Origin: Octopus sinensis
Lineage: Eukaryota
Direction of reading: 5' to 3'
Length of the DNA stretch: 64,000 nucleotides
NCBI RefSeq assembly: GCF_006345805.1
Contig: NC_042998.1
Span: forward strand, 11,780,001 to 11,844,000
Part shown: positions 52,073 to 64,000 of the stretch, piece by piece
How the letters are laid out: every line of letters starts with the position of its first letter
Numbering within the stretch: position 1 is the first letter of the stretch
The notes under the pieces: generated by a model
Told to the model about the DNA's origin: nothing
What the model saw: only the letters and a program-made list of their open reading frames with translations
Database searches by the model: none
Translations under genes and position numbers: made by a program

Positions 52073-52799
52073 CATGTCTCTTCTTGGAAAAGTAATATTT
52101 TAAGAATAAGTTAAATTATATTATCTCTACCGTTTTGCTATGTGACTTGTTGAAAAATTCATTATTAGAAATTTACAGTTTCATGGCAAGATAATTTAAA
52201 ATGAAATATATTCAGTTCAAATTAGAAACCAGCTTTAAAATGGAATACATTAAAGATTTATATCTCTGCTTTGTTTGCAATGTCTTTTAGTTTTTTAGTG
52301 AACAGGAAATGAATTCACAAGACAGGAAATCAATGGAATTTATCAGTAACTAATCTTCTTACGTCATTTTTATTATTTTTACACAATTGCTGCTTCTATT
52401 TTCAAAACTGCACACAACATGTGATCTTCGCTTGATTCTCGAATGGATTCAAATGACCTATATATTCAATTTTTTGTTTTTGGTTAAACATAAATCGTCA
52501 TTCTAATTCTAAAAGGTAAACGTACGATTGAAATGAATTTCAACGTAGTAAAAATAGCAAAATAAATCTGTGTAAATAAATAAGTATAGGTAGGGGTGCT
52601 TGTGTTAGTAACTAACAAGTTCTTATTTAAAGGATAATTATTTAATATAACAAAACTTTCTGCTCCCTCAAACACATTGTAAGCGAGGGTTATACTGAGA
52701 GTAATGCATGATTCTTTTCCTAACACATGTCGATCAAATTGCCTGTGTTTGTTGTTTAACTCTTCTTGTACAGTAACACTTATACCTGTTCTTCATTGA

Positions 52800-53320
52800 G
52801 TCTGTTACAAAGGAAGGGTTCAAGATGACATCTACGACAGGCTACAAGATCTGACACCATTGACTAGAACAGTAAGCACAGATGGTTGAAAACGTTATAG
52901 AAAGAGAAACCAGCACTGAAGACAAACCACAGAATAGGGGACCATCTGCAACCACTGACACAGATTCCCAGCGAGCGTTGCGAATTGGTTCGTGCCGAGA
53001 GACGAGTCACAAGCCGTGAGGTTGCTTCACGACTAGACTGTGATACAATGCCTTACAGAAGATAATGGAATACTTTTGGTGTCAGAGAGTGTTTGCAAGG
53101 TGGGTCCTTGGCAGCTGGTACCCGATTTACAGAGGGGAAGGTTGGAAGTCTTTTCTGATCTAGATGTATTTGAAATCAATGAAAACATATTTCCCCTACT
53201 CTAATTTGGTGACAGGGGATGAAACAGGGGCGTATTTCTTCTTCAAGACCTAAGAAATTCAAGAACCATCATGCAGCTCAAGAAACTATCATGGCTATTT
53301 TTAGTGTCATTCTCTTTGAT
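52800..53320 (+). pseudogene. Mariner transposase N-terminal relic
   Basis: TSTEDKP, ELVRAERRVTSREVASRL and VFARWV (WVPxxL motif), with frameshifts. Confidence 0.65.
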
Positions 53321-53559
53321 TGTTTTGGACGTGCCTGTACTCATCGAGTAATGTACTGAGACATTAGAAAAAGCTTAATGAAACAAACAGAAGACGCCGA
53401 AGAGGAATCTGTAAACAATCCATATTTACTATGAAAAATTTCCGATATTCCCCCAAATTACCTGTCATATGATGAGTAGCACTCCAATAAATATATTTTA
53501 TTAACTACATTAATAAAACAAATGCCATAACACATCCAACATTTACCAGCTATAATCCA

Positions 53560-54200
53560 CTCACGTACAGTCATTTTCGGTATGTACACACCTGCTCTAA
53601 TGCGTCTTCCACGCCTCAAAAGAACAACAGAACTGCTTTTCTTGATTACCGCTTAAATCACTTGTAATTTCGTCTGACTTTCGTCTACTGTCTCGTAATG
53701 GTATCTCTTAAGATTCAATTTCATTTTAAGAAAAATATCAAAGTGGCAAAATGAAAGGTCAGTCGAGTGCAAAGTGTGTAGAATAAGCAACTTTATTTCT
53801 TTGTCAAAACTTTAGTCATGTTGAGGGAGGTGGAAACGGGCGAGATGTAATAAGGTAACAATCAATAGCTGTTGCGTCACAATTCCAGTCGATTTTGTCG
53901 CTTATCTTCTCTACAGACTGCTTGCGAAATAAATTTTCAGTGAAAAATTACCTTGACATCGGAAAACAGAACAAAACGAGATAATACTTTCCGTTGTTTT
54001 GTGGACATGTCACACTTTCGTTGGCTTTGGTGATTGTGAGTGCTTCCATTGCTATGATTGCTATTTTGTCCCATGATCGGGTCATTGCTGTAAACTCAGA
54101 TTATTAATTTAGATCATTAATAACTTTCCTACAAAGCCGTCTTTCATCAAGTACAAAATGCGGGAGATAGGTTCATTATGGATGAGTTCCCAAATTTTAC
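53560..54200 (-). pseudogene. Possible second mariner relic (C-terminal part)
   Basis: Faint traces only. Confidence 0.3.
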
Positions 54201-55246
54201 CACATTTTCTGGCATTTTTTCTAGTGACCAGTGACTTTAAGTAGCTTCCCTTTTGAACTGTTACTCATTAAGTTTTGAAACCTTTGTGTCACAGAAACCC
54301 ACACACACATAATATACATACATATATACATACATGTACACGCACACATGCGTTCACACACACATATTGTGCATGCTTTGTGTTCGATATTCAGATGTTC
54401 GTTTCTCTCTTTTTCAAACACTTCGTTCTTTTCCTAATACATGCTTATTTCTGAATTAAAATCCTTCATATTGTTTCATTTTATTTTCGTCAATGTGCAT
54501 AGTATCGACAAGGCCAATGATATTTATTGCCCAGATATAGATTTTGTTTCCTAATCCTATTCATACGATCGTTACAGAACCAGTTCATAATCAATATATC
54601 TGCTTAGCAGAGGATATTTTCTTGTTCATTTTGAATGAAAAAAAAACACTAGAGCTATGATAACATTACCCAGAGTCTTGATAAAAGAAAAAAAACATCA
54701 AGATTCTAGATATAAGATTATTTTTTCGTCAATGTCAGCTTATATCGATATAGAAATAACATTTTTATAGTAGAAAACGTAATAAGTAAATTTAGCAAAT
54801 TTAGATATGTTCTTATAACATGGGAAAATGTTTCGAGCAAAGCCATTCTCTGGATAATGGCAGAATAAAAACAAAATTTGTTCCCCTAAAATGTGCTTAG
54901 TACGAGACTTCATTACAGACATGCAGAAAACCTAGTAAAGTGTGGGAACTTTACAAGATGAAATCGTCTCGATGCATACTACTGCTAGCTTCTTAGTTGG
55001 ATCTTTAACATCTTCCTTATATTTTAAATTACACGAATCTATGTTAAATTAAAGATTGTAAGGCATGATTTGAATGAGACTTCACTTTAAGGATTTGACA
55101 GACATTTACTATAACAATACTCCGTGCAAAACTAAAAATATGGTACTCTAGTCATAACACCAACTTGAACTTCTAACTTGTTGTCTGTTGATGTCTCTGG
55201 GTGGGACTTGGAGTCAAGTTGTACAAATACAAAGCAAAAGCCAACC

Positions 55247-55508
<262 letters not shown>

Positions 55509-55686
55509 TGAACGAACTATTGAGTTTGGTTTAATGGCCTACCAATGCATACTATGAGTTTCTTTGCCCTAGGAGTCGGGAAGACGCTCGGCAAGAAATG
55601 AAAGCAAATTTGAAAGAAGAAAAAAAAAATAGTAAAACAAATATTAATGATCATAATGATTCACATACAGACATGTATATACGTAG

Positions 55687-55687
<1 letters not shown>

Positions 55688-55717
<30 letters not shown>

Positions 55718-55885
55718 TGTATGTATGTATGTATGTATGTATGTATGTATGTATGTATGCATGCATGTATGTATGTATGTATGTATGTATATATGCATAT
55801 ATGTAGGTATGTATGTATGCATGTATGTATGCATGCATGTATGTACGTATGTATATATGTATGCATGTATGAATGTATGTCTATG
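55688..55885. repeat. (ATGT)n microsatellite
   Basis: Direct inspection. Confidence 0.95.
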
Positions 55886-58800
55886 TGTACTAATTCTACA
55901 TATTTGGCTGCCTGTGTAAGCTTGAAATGTAGAGGTTAATCATTGTTGCTTACATAGAGTATTAACCTCATTTAAGATCGTGAGATTTGTCAATCTGACG
56001 AGGATATTTCAATATTCTTCATGGTTCTGTTCATTCATGAATTATGTTCAAGCGAAGATTTTAACCACTCCGTTATTGATTTCAGTGATCGATAATATAT
56101 GGTTCTTTAAATGGATTTCGCAGACATACTGTTTCATACAAGCTCACCCATAAGCACATACGCATATACACACACATATATATATATATGTATATATACA
56201 GATTTACAGACAGAGAGCTACACTGACGCACAGATGCATATACATACAAATATATATACATATATATGTATATACACATATGATGAAATTTTAATCAATC
56301 TCTAATGGAAGAAAATGCAAACACAGAAACACAGACTCTCACAACACTATCACTCACACAGACACATATATGGATATTTTTTTCCTATCAGACATTGATT
56401 ATAATTCCGTGAAGCCATGGAAACAAACATATTTGTTTACCTCTAATAAATGCTATTGTTTCAATATCGAGATCTGTAAATCAAGTGCTGCTCTCCGTAA
56501 TGCATCAAATGAGACGCAGATTGAAGTTTTTTCACTTCACTGAAATCTATATTCTATTAAATTACAAAAGATTTTCGTTGTTCACTAAAGAGATTCTGAA
56601 TAGCGTCCTTGAGAATTCCTGTCCACCGGAATGTAGTTTTAGATATTAATACCAGGAACAATAGTATAATAACGGACAGAATTCATCAAGCATTTCGAAG
56701 TGTCGTTTCGCTTTCTGAATTTAAATTCTACGAGAGTCGTTAATATAATTCCATTAATTATTGTTGCTATTTAGCCATAGATGAGCACTAATTGAGTTCA
56801 CTTACGTATATCTAAAGACTTTACAGCCGTGACCTACCATCTTTATTCCTACTGCTTTCTGATTGAACAGTAACATCCAATACGTTGTTCTTTTACTTTA
56901 GGTTTTTCATTCTTCCAAGGATGATTGAAATAGTTTTGACGTACTAGACTCGATTCGATCGAGTGATTCTGACCTCCCAACAAATTGCTGAAACGAGGTC
57001 AGAATATCGCTGAATGAAAGCAGCCGTTTGAAAATCAGACTGATTTTTGTTTCAGTTATTTATATTTTTATTTTGCAGTTTTTTGTATATTTTTGGACAT
57101 ATAGCGATAATTAGAGAAAATAGATTTCTCTGAAAATATTATATTTGAATAAACTTCAAGAATAATGCATGAATAATAGGATAATTCAAAACATTATGGA
57201 TTTCTTTTTAATAAATGTACATCAGGATTATGCTATCACTTCATTTCATTTTGCGTTCATTCTTTTAGCTAGTTTATAACAATTGTTTTCCTTGTCAGTT
57301 CTTTCTAATCTAGTATTGCTACATGTAAAATATAATGTATCCAAAATGTATCAGTTTCAGTTAAATTGTTATTAAAGATGTGAATGCACTAAAACAACAC
57401 ACTGATGCATTCTAATTAAACTAATAACTAAAAATAACTTTTTAAAAAATCGATAAGAAATGATATTCAAATTAAATGCGACCATTCTACATGTATTGAT
57501 TTTAGTTTTGAGCTGAAGGTCGCACATACTTTAAAGATGGACTCTCTATAGTTGATGGAACTTTCCCAATATATAGCTAGTATTTATTGTAACTGACACC
57601 AGGAGCATATTGTAAATGACACCGCTCTGTAAAGATATGTTTACTGGAAACCATTTTGTCAAACATCTAATGTTTCAAACAATCACATGCTTTAACTCGC
57701 TATATATGAATCATAGCCTCAGGAAACAACAGAATACACAAAAAAGTATCTCTCCTAAATACAGCTTTGCAAGTGCTAGCAAAAATATTAAAGGCGTTGT
57801 TTGATAAAGTAAATTCACTAAGAAAGTGGCAAAAACTACTGTTCTGAGATAATAACTTCTGTGCTCTATATTTTGGGGTTTGAATAGCGTTCTGGATAAA
57901 TTTATTCTTTCTATTCGGGTTGAAAAATAATATACTGAGGCTGAAAATAAAATTGCTCCGTTAATTGCACAAATGAAACCAATAGTTTATAGAACAAATT
58001 ATAGAGAGAACAGTAAACTAACGGAACCTTCACCATATAAAAAAAAAATTAATACAGGAAATGCTTGCTTCCTCACAAAATGAACGCAGATTAATACCAT
58101 CATAAAATATGAAAAGGATGAAGAAAATCACACATTTTTAAAACTGCAAATTGACAAACACTTTTACTCTTGAAAGTGAAACGAAATGTAACGATGATTA
58201 AAATAAAATAGTGAAAATGATGCAATAATGGACATGATTTCTAATTCATGGTTAAGAAGGAGACTCTGCATCTATGCATTTTTTTGAGATGGATTCCATT
58301 CCGCATCACTTGGAGCTAGTGTTGTCTACCTCATAATATTAAGTTGGGAAGTGCATTATGGTTGACATGTGAGACAACGTGTAGATTTGTCGTATATACG
58401 CTTGCATGTGTATGCACGTATGTAATTGTGTGTGATATACATATATATACATATATGTATATATATATATATACATATATATATATTACATACACATAAA
58501 AGGGATGTCCTGTAAGTGGAAATCCCTTTTATATGTATGTGCTAGACCACTGGTTTTAAATTGATATAAATTAAATTAATATTCATTTTATTCACCCTTA
58601 TTATTTTATATATGTATATATATATATATAACAGCTGTAAGAAATTTAATGATTCTAACAATGTATATTATGTTTTTAATAATTACTTGTATTATTATCT
58701 TAAATGTATTGAATTTTATACTGTAAATATGTATGTTATTTTGGTTGTAGTTTTGATAATTAAATAAGACAACATTCTAATATCCTAAAGCTGATAATCC

Positions 58801-59569
58801 AACTAATGTGCTTCTCCATTTTCTTATTTGTAATATATATATATATATCCTCCTTATGGTTGAGTAGACGCTAGAATATGGAGAATGCTTTCTAATCTGG
58901 GTAAAATCATTACGAAGATAAAGAGCTGGCTACAAGCAATGTAGCTAGCTTAAACATGTAATAAAAGTAAAACAGATGCACAAACATGTATATATAAGAT
59001 TATATATTTGATATAGTTTACAATAAATGTCATACAAACGTAGCCATAAATGTAACAATTAAAGTAGTTATTTACATCTGTTTCAAAAATTCAGCGACAG
59101 GTTGATGTAAGAATAGATTCGAAACCGAATATGCGTACTGATGTTGTATTACACATAAAACATAGAAAAAAATTATGAACACGTAACATGAAATCTATGC
59201 GAATCGAAGTTATAGCCTTTCTGCTACCTCATCCGAACTGTTTTTGCGAAGTGGTATCAAAATCAGACCTATCTGGTAGCGGACTGGTATTTGAGGTTAT
59301 AGAAACACCAATAAAAGACGGAGGAAATGTGGGTTAGTGACGGTGAGTTAGAAATAGTGATAGTAAGAAAGAGTGTGGGATATCGAGCGACGAGAAATAA
59401 GAGAAGTGAAGAAGGGGGGGTAGAAGAGAGAAAAGTATGCAAAGTAAGAATTGATAGAGAAAAAGGAAACGAGAAGGAAACGCATTGAGCAAATAAAAGG
59501 TTATTAATAGTTACAAAGAATCAGACTAGCAGAGACTTGTCATAAATCAGAATTAGAAGACAAAACAAG

Positions 59570-59872
59570 GGCATGTTACCCTGCCGAGTTCGTTTAAAGA
59601 CAAATGTAAAAGAAAGGAACATGTTGGGCTCCCCTTGCAACTGAGTGGCTAAAGACTCTTTGCCGGCTAAATACAGTATACCTCTCTGCGCCACTGATGT
59701 TACCCAAGAGAAAAGCAAAGGGGCCGATACAGCTTGGCACCAGTGTCGTTGCAACTTATTTCTACAGCTGAGTGAACTGGAGCAACATGAAATAGAGTGT
59801 CTTGCTGAAGAACAGAACATGACACACAACCTGGTCCGGGCATCGAACTCACTACCTCGTAATTGGGAGCTC
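59570..59872 (-). mobile_element. tRNA-derived SINE family C
   Basis: Minus strand: B box GAGTTCGATGCCC, then CAAGACACT...GTTGCTCCAGTTCACTCAGCTGTAGAAAT central domain. Confidence 0.75.
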
Positions 59873-59911
59873 TACACACACACACACACACACACATTGT
59901 ACGTATGCATA

Positions 59912-60322
59912 TACTCTTTTACTCTTTTACTTGTTTCAGTCATTTGACTGCGGCCATGCTGGAGCACCGCCTTTAGTCGAGCAAATCGACCCCGGGACTT
60001 ATTCTTTGTACGCCCAGTACTTATTCTATCGGTCTCTTTTGCCGAACCGCTAAGTGACGGGGACGTAAACACACCAGCATCGGTTGTCAAGCAATGCTAG
60101 GGGGACAAACACACACACACAAACATATAAACACACACTTATATATATATACATATATACGACAGGCTTCTTTCAGTTTCCGTCTACCAAATCCACTCAC
60201 AAGGCATTGGTCGGCCCGGGGCTATAGCAGAAGACACTTGCCCAAGATGCCACGCAGTGGGACTGAACCCGGAACCATGTGGTTGGTTAGCAAGCTACTT
60301 ACCACACAGTCACACCTGCGCC
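59912..60322 (-). mobile_element. SINE family A, full length
   Basis: Near identity with other family A copies. Confidence 0.95.
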
Positions 60323-60630
60323 TATATATGTCTTATATATGTCTATATAAATGATTATTAAAGCTGAATATCTCGTTGGACGTCATTGCGATTTTCAGCT
60401 GAGAACTGTTTGGTCGGTTATTCATATTTCTTGTGTATCTGACCTCGTGACTCCACGTGTTCATTTATTTGCCTTTCGTGTTTGCCGATTAAATGTTATT
60501 TTTTCTGCATTTGTCATTCGGTATTAATTAAAGGGGCGAATGATTATAATTTGATTAATGATTCAAGAGTTGTTAATCCAGTTAAGGTTTTTTTTTCTTA
60601 GTTTCTTTTTACTCTTGCATTGTGTTTGCA

Positions 60631-61335
60631 ATTGTTGATATTTGTGCGTGGGTTTAATTCTGAAACCAATTAAGACGGTTATATTGCTAAAAGATGTTCT
60701 TGGTTGATTCTGTGCATGTTTGTACGTATAAGTGTGTGCCCGCGCATGCGTGTGTGTGAGTATATCGAACATTAACGCGAGCATATCTAACATTAATGTC
60801 ATTCATCGTTTTGTCTTTTTCCTAAAATATCAATAAACTGATACTATTCGAGTTATTCTCGTCTTCAGTTCGCATGATAGATGCTTGGATAGTCTTGACA
60901 GTTCATAGAAAATTTGCCTTCACTATATGTCATATGGGAAACAGTACCATATTTGGATTACATATAAATAACATTTCCTTGAGACATATTCCTTTACACA
61001 TATAGCGGAAATTTATAACGAGCATCAATACAATCTATCTTCTCTTTGTATATACATATAGATGTACATATATTCATGTCTATACTCTGTCTGTCTATAT
61101 CTGTAAATATATATATATATATATATATATAATGTATTTATATATATCACATATATATAAATATACATTTGTATATTTGTATATCACATATATATAAATA
61201 TACATTTGTATAAGTGTGTGCCCGCATGCGCGGGCACACACTTATACGTACAAACATGCACAGAATCAACCAAGAACATCTTTTAGCAATATAACCGTCT
61301 TAATTGGTTTCAGAATTAAACCCACGCACAAATAT

Positions 61336-61342
<7 letters not shown>
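60631..61342. repeat. 120-bp inverted duplication (60631-60750 / 61223-61342)
   Basis: Exact reverse complement by eye; the ORF track shows the same peptide HARAHTYTYKHAQNQPRTSFSNITVLIGFRIKPTHKYQQ on opposite strands. Confidence 0.93.
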
Positions 61343-61387
<45 letters not shown>

Positions 61388-61404
<17 letters not shown>

Positions 61405-62623
61405 ATATGGGTTGGACAAAATAATGGCACCGCCTAGCACCATAGAATCATACTTTTGAAATATCTATAAAACCGTCAAAGGGTTGTTTATTTTTATGTT
61501 TTGTGATTTATTATTTGTGTTGCTTAATAGGTTTTGCTAAAATTGCTGTTTCTTTTCAGATATCATCAAAAAAAGGTCATTAAAATTCATTAAAATGCCA
61601 GATCTATTGACTTTCAATAGATCAAATTGTTGGTGCTCGTATGGCAGGCGCTAGCGTAACGAAAACAGTCGAAATGTTTGGTGTAGCAAGAAAGTAATGT
61701 CTCGAAAGTAATGACAGTCTTTGAGAAAGAGGGAAAAACTTCCTCGTCGAAACAAAACTCCGGAAGAAAACCGAAGCTCTTACGCGAATTGTTAGAAAGG
61801 ATCACAAAGTACAGCTCCCAAAATTACTGCAGAGCTTAATGACCACCTCGAGAACCGAGTTTTCACAAAAACGGCAGCTGCACATAGCTGGATTCCACGG
61901 GAGGGCTGCAATCAGAAAACCACTACTTTCAAAAACAAACGTTGCGAAGCGTTTAGAGTGGAGTAAAAATAAAATTGATCCCTAGAGCAGTGACAGATGT
62001 TATTTTCTCGATCGAGTCATCCTTTACCTTATTTCCGACCACCGGCCGAGTGTACGTGTGGAGACAGCCAAAAGAAGCATTTGACCCAGACTGCTTTCTT
62101 CCAACTGTTAAGCACGGAGGAGGATCTGTGATGATCTGGGGAGCTATATCATGGAAATCCGCCGACCCAATGGTTTCCCTTAATAGCAGAATGAATACTC
62201 AAGAGTATTTAAGCATTTTATCTGATAAAATTCATCCTATGGTTGCAGAACTGTTTCCGGAGGGAAACGCAATCTTTCAGGATGATAATGCACCAATTCA
62301 CACAGCTAAAGTTGTTACTGAATGACACGAGGAACATTCTAGTGAAACTGAACATCTTATCTGACCACCACAGTCCCCATATCACAATATTATTGAACAT
62401 TTATGATGCATTTTAGAAAAACAAGTAAGGGGTTGATATCCTCCACCACCATCACTACAAGAACTGGAGAATGTTTTAGCTGAAGAATGAACAAAAATTC
62501 CTTTGGAAACAATTCAAAGCTTCTCCGAGTCCATACCGTAATTACTGACTAAGGCGGTCCTACCCCATATTAAAATAAATTTGTTTGAAATTTTAAGGTG
62601 TTACCATTATTTTGTCCAACCTC
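61388..62623 (+). mobile_element. Tc1-family transposon, DD36E spacing, pseudogenised
   Basis: TIRs ggttggacaaaataatgg / ccattattttgtccaacc; PTVKHGGGSVMIWGAISW and FQDDNAPIH...PPQSPYHNIIE (36 residues between D and E). Confidence 0.92.
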
Positions 62624-62640
62624 TTTAAACATATACGTGT

Positions 62641-64000
62641 GTGTATCGCGGTTTCCTCTTGAAGTTCCACGCTACCCCCTATTCCTCCCCCTTCATCGAA
62701 CCCACCCTCGCTCGTACCTCCCGCTCCCTCCTCCGCGCCACCATCCGCTCCACCCGCCCCCTCCTTGACTCCCTCAACCATCAACTTCCCCAGGCCTACC
62801 TCCTTCTCTCCGCCCTCTGCCCTCCACTCTTCACCCAACCTATCCTCCGCTTCATTCTTAATCTCAACCACCAACTCTACAACTACCTCACACACACAAA
62901 AAACAAAAAACTCCACCTCCTCCTCAACCCCTCACCCCTTCCCCATCCTCCCCCACTGTTCCCCCCTCCTTCGCACCTACCCCACCCTTCCACGGACCCC
63001 CCCCACCGTGACCTTCCTACGCCTAACCCATCTTCACCCAACCACCCCTACCCTACCCTTCACACCCCTGCACCCCCTCTGCCTGCCCCTAGTCCTCCCA
63101 CCACCCCGCTTCCTCGCGCCGTTGTCACTATACCCCCCAACCTCCCCCTCTCCGCCGCTGAGCGCTCCCTCCTCAGTAAGGGTCTCCGCTTCACGCCACT
63201 CACGCGCCACTGTGATGAGTTCGAGACTCGGGCGGACGTCAACCTGTTCCTGCGCCGCCTCAAACTTTGCGCATACTACCACGCGTCCCCGCAGCGTCAC
63301 AACAATCAGGATTGCCTTTTGGAGCTGGGGCGTCGTCCATCCATCTGGACGCCGCCCCCAGGCCTTTTCAGTAGCCTAGATTCGTTTGTACATGACTGCA
63401 ACGCTTTGGTCCACCGTTTCAACTTTGAACCAAGACCCCGCCGAGCCAACCTCACTCGGGCCGAATCCATTGCCCTTCGCCACCTCCGCCGACGTAATGA
63501 CATTGTCATCAAACCGGCGGACAAAGGCGGGGCAGTGGTAGTGTGGCGCGCGGACCTATACAGGGAGGAAGCGCTCAACCAGCTTCAAAATCCCCTCTTC
63601 TATCGCCTCCTCCCCTCCGATCCCACCTCCTCCTACCAACAGCGAGTGTCCTCCACCATCCGCGACCTCATCTCCTCCTCCGCTCTCCCACCCACCGCCA
63701 CCAACCTCATCGTCCGCACACCCCGCACCTCCACCATCTACTTCCTTCCCAAGATCCATAAACCCTCTAACCCTGGCCGTCCCATAGTCTCTGCTTGTAA
63801 TTGCCCCACTGAACTCATCTCCCTATACCTCGACCGCATCCTGTCCCCCTTAGTCGCAGCCCTCCCATCCCACATACACGACACCAACCACGCCCTCCGT
63901 CTCTTCAATTCCTTTTCCTTCCCTTCCAGCCCTCACACCTCCTCTTCACTTTAGATGTAAAATCCCTGTACACAGTGATTCCCCACAATGACGGTCTCCT
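62641..64000 (+). mobile_element. C-rich Penelope-like element ORF (N-terminus and start of RT), runs off the window
   Basis: LLSKGLRFTP, IVIKPADKGGAVVVW, LPKIHKPSNPGRPIVSAC. After a frameshift near 63940 it continues LFTLDVKSLYTVIPHNDGL. Confidence 0.92.

Noticed and set aside
58912-58960. Hairpin AGCTGGCTACA/TGTAGCTAGCT with hammerhead-like flanks
   Set aside because: Three core mismatches and poor stem I; mentioned only as a weak candidate and not annotated as a feature.

Overview
AT-rich, repeat-saturated eukaryotic non-coding DNA. The SINE families and microsatellite load strongly resemble a coleoid cephalopod (Octopus-like) genome; this is inferred from recognition, not from a search. 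No host protein-coding gene is supportable, and most ORF-track entries are translated microsatellites or SINE text. The window holds at least three tRNA-derived SINE families; fragments of CR1-like, RTE-like and Tx1-like LINEs; three Penelope-like elements (PLEs); several Tc1/mariner relics (one DD36E, one DD38D); a hAT/Charlie derivative; a non-autonomous Helitron; a HINE-like piece; and a possible Chapaev3 relic. The most interesting signal is at RNA level: about ten type I hammerhead-ribozyme (HHR)-like motifs in short non-coding elements. They include a 349-nt circularly permuted retrozyme-like insert, a tandem pair of minimal HHRs, and variants with a long stem II that is also seen in the 3' end of a Neptune-type PLE. 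Two divergent elements share a covarying two-hairpin RNA domain downstream of the HHR. Together these suggest a PLE-mobilised, ribozyme-bearing (possibly circular) RNA system. All folds were done by eye and need computational and experimental confirmation.
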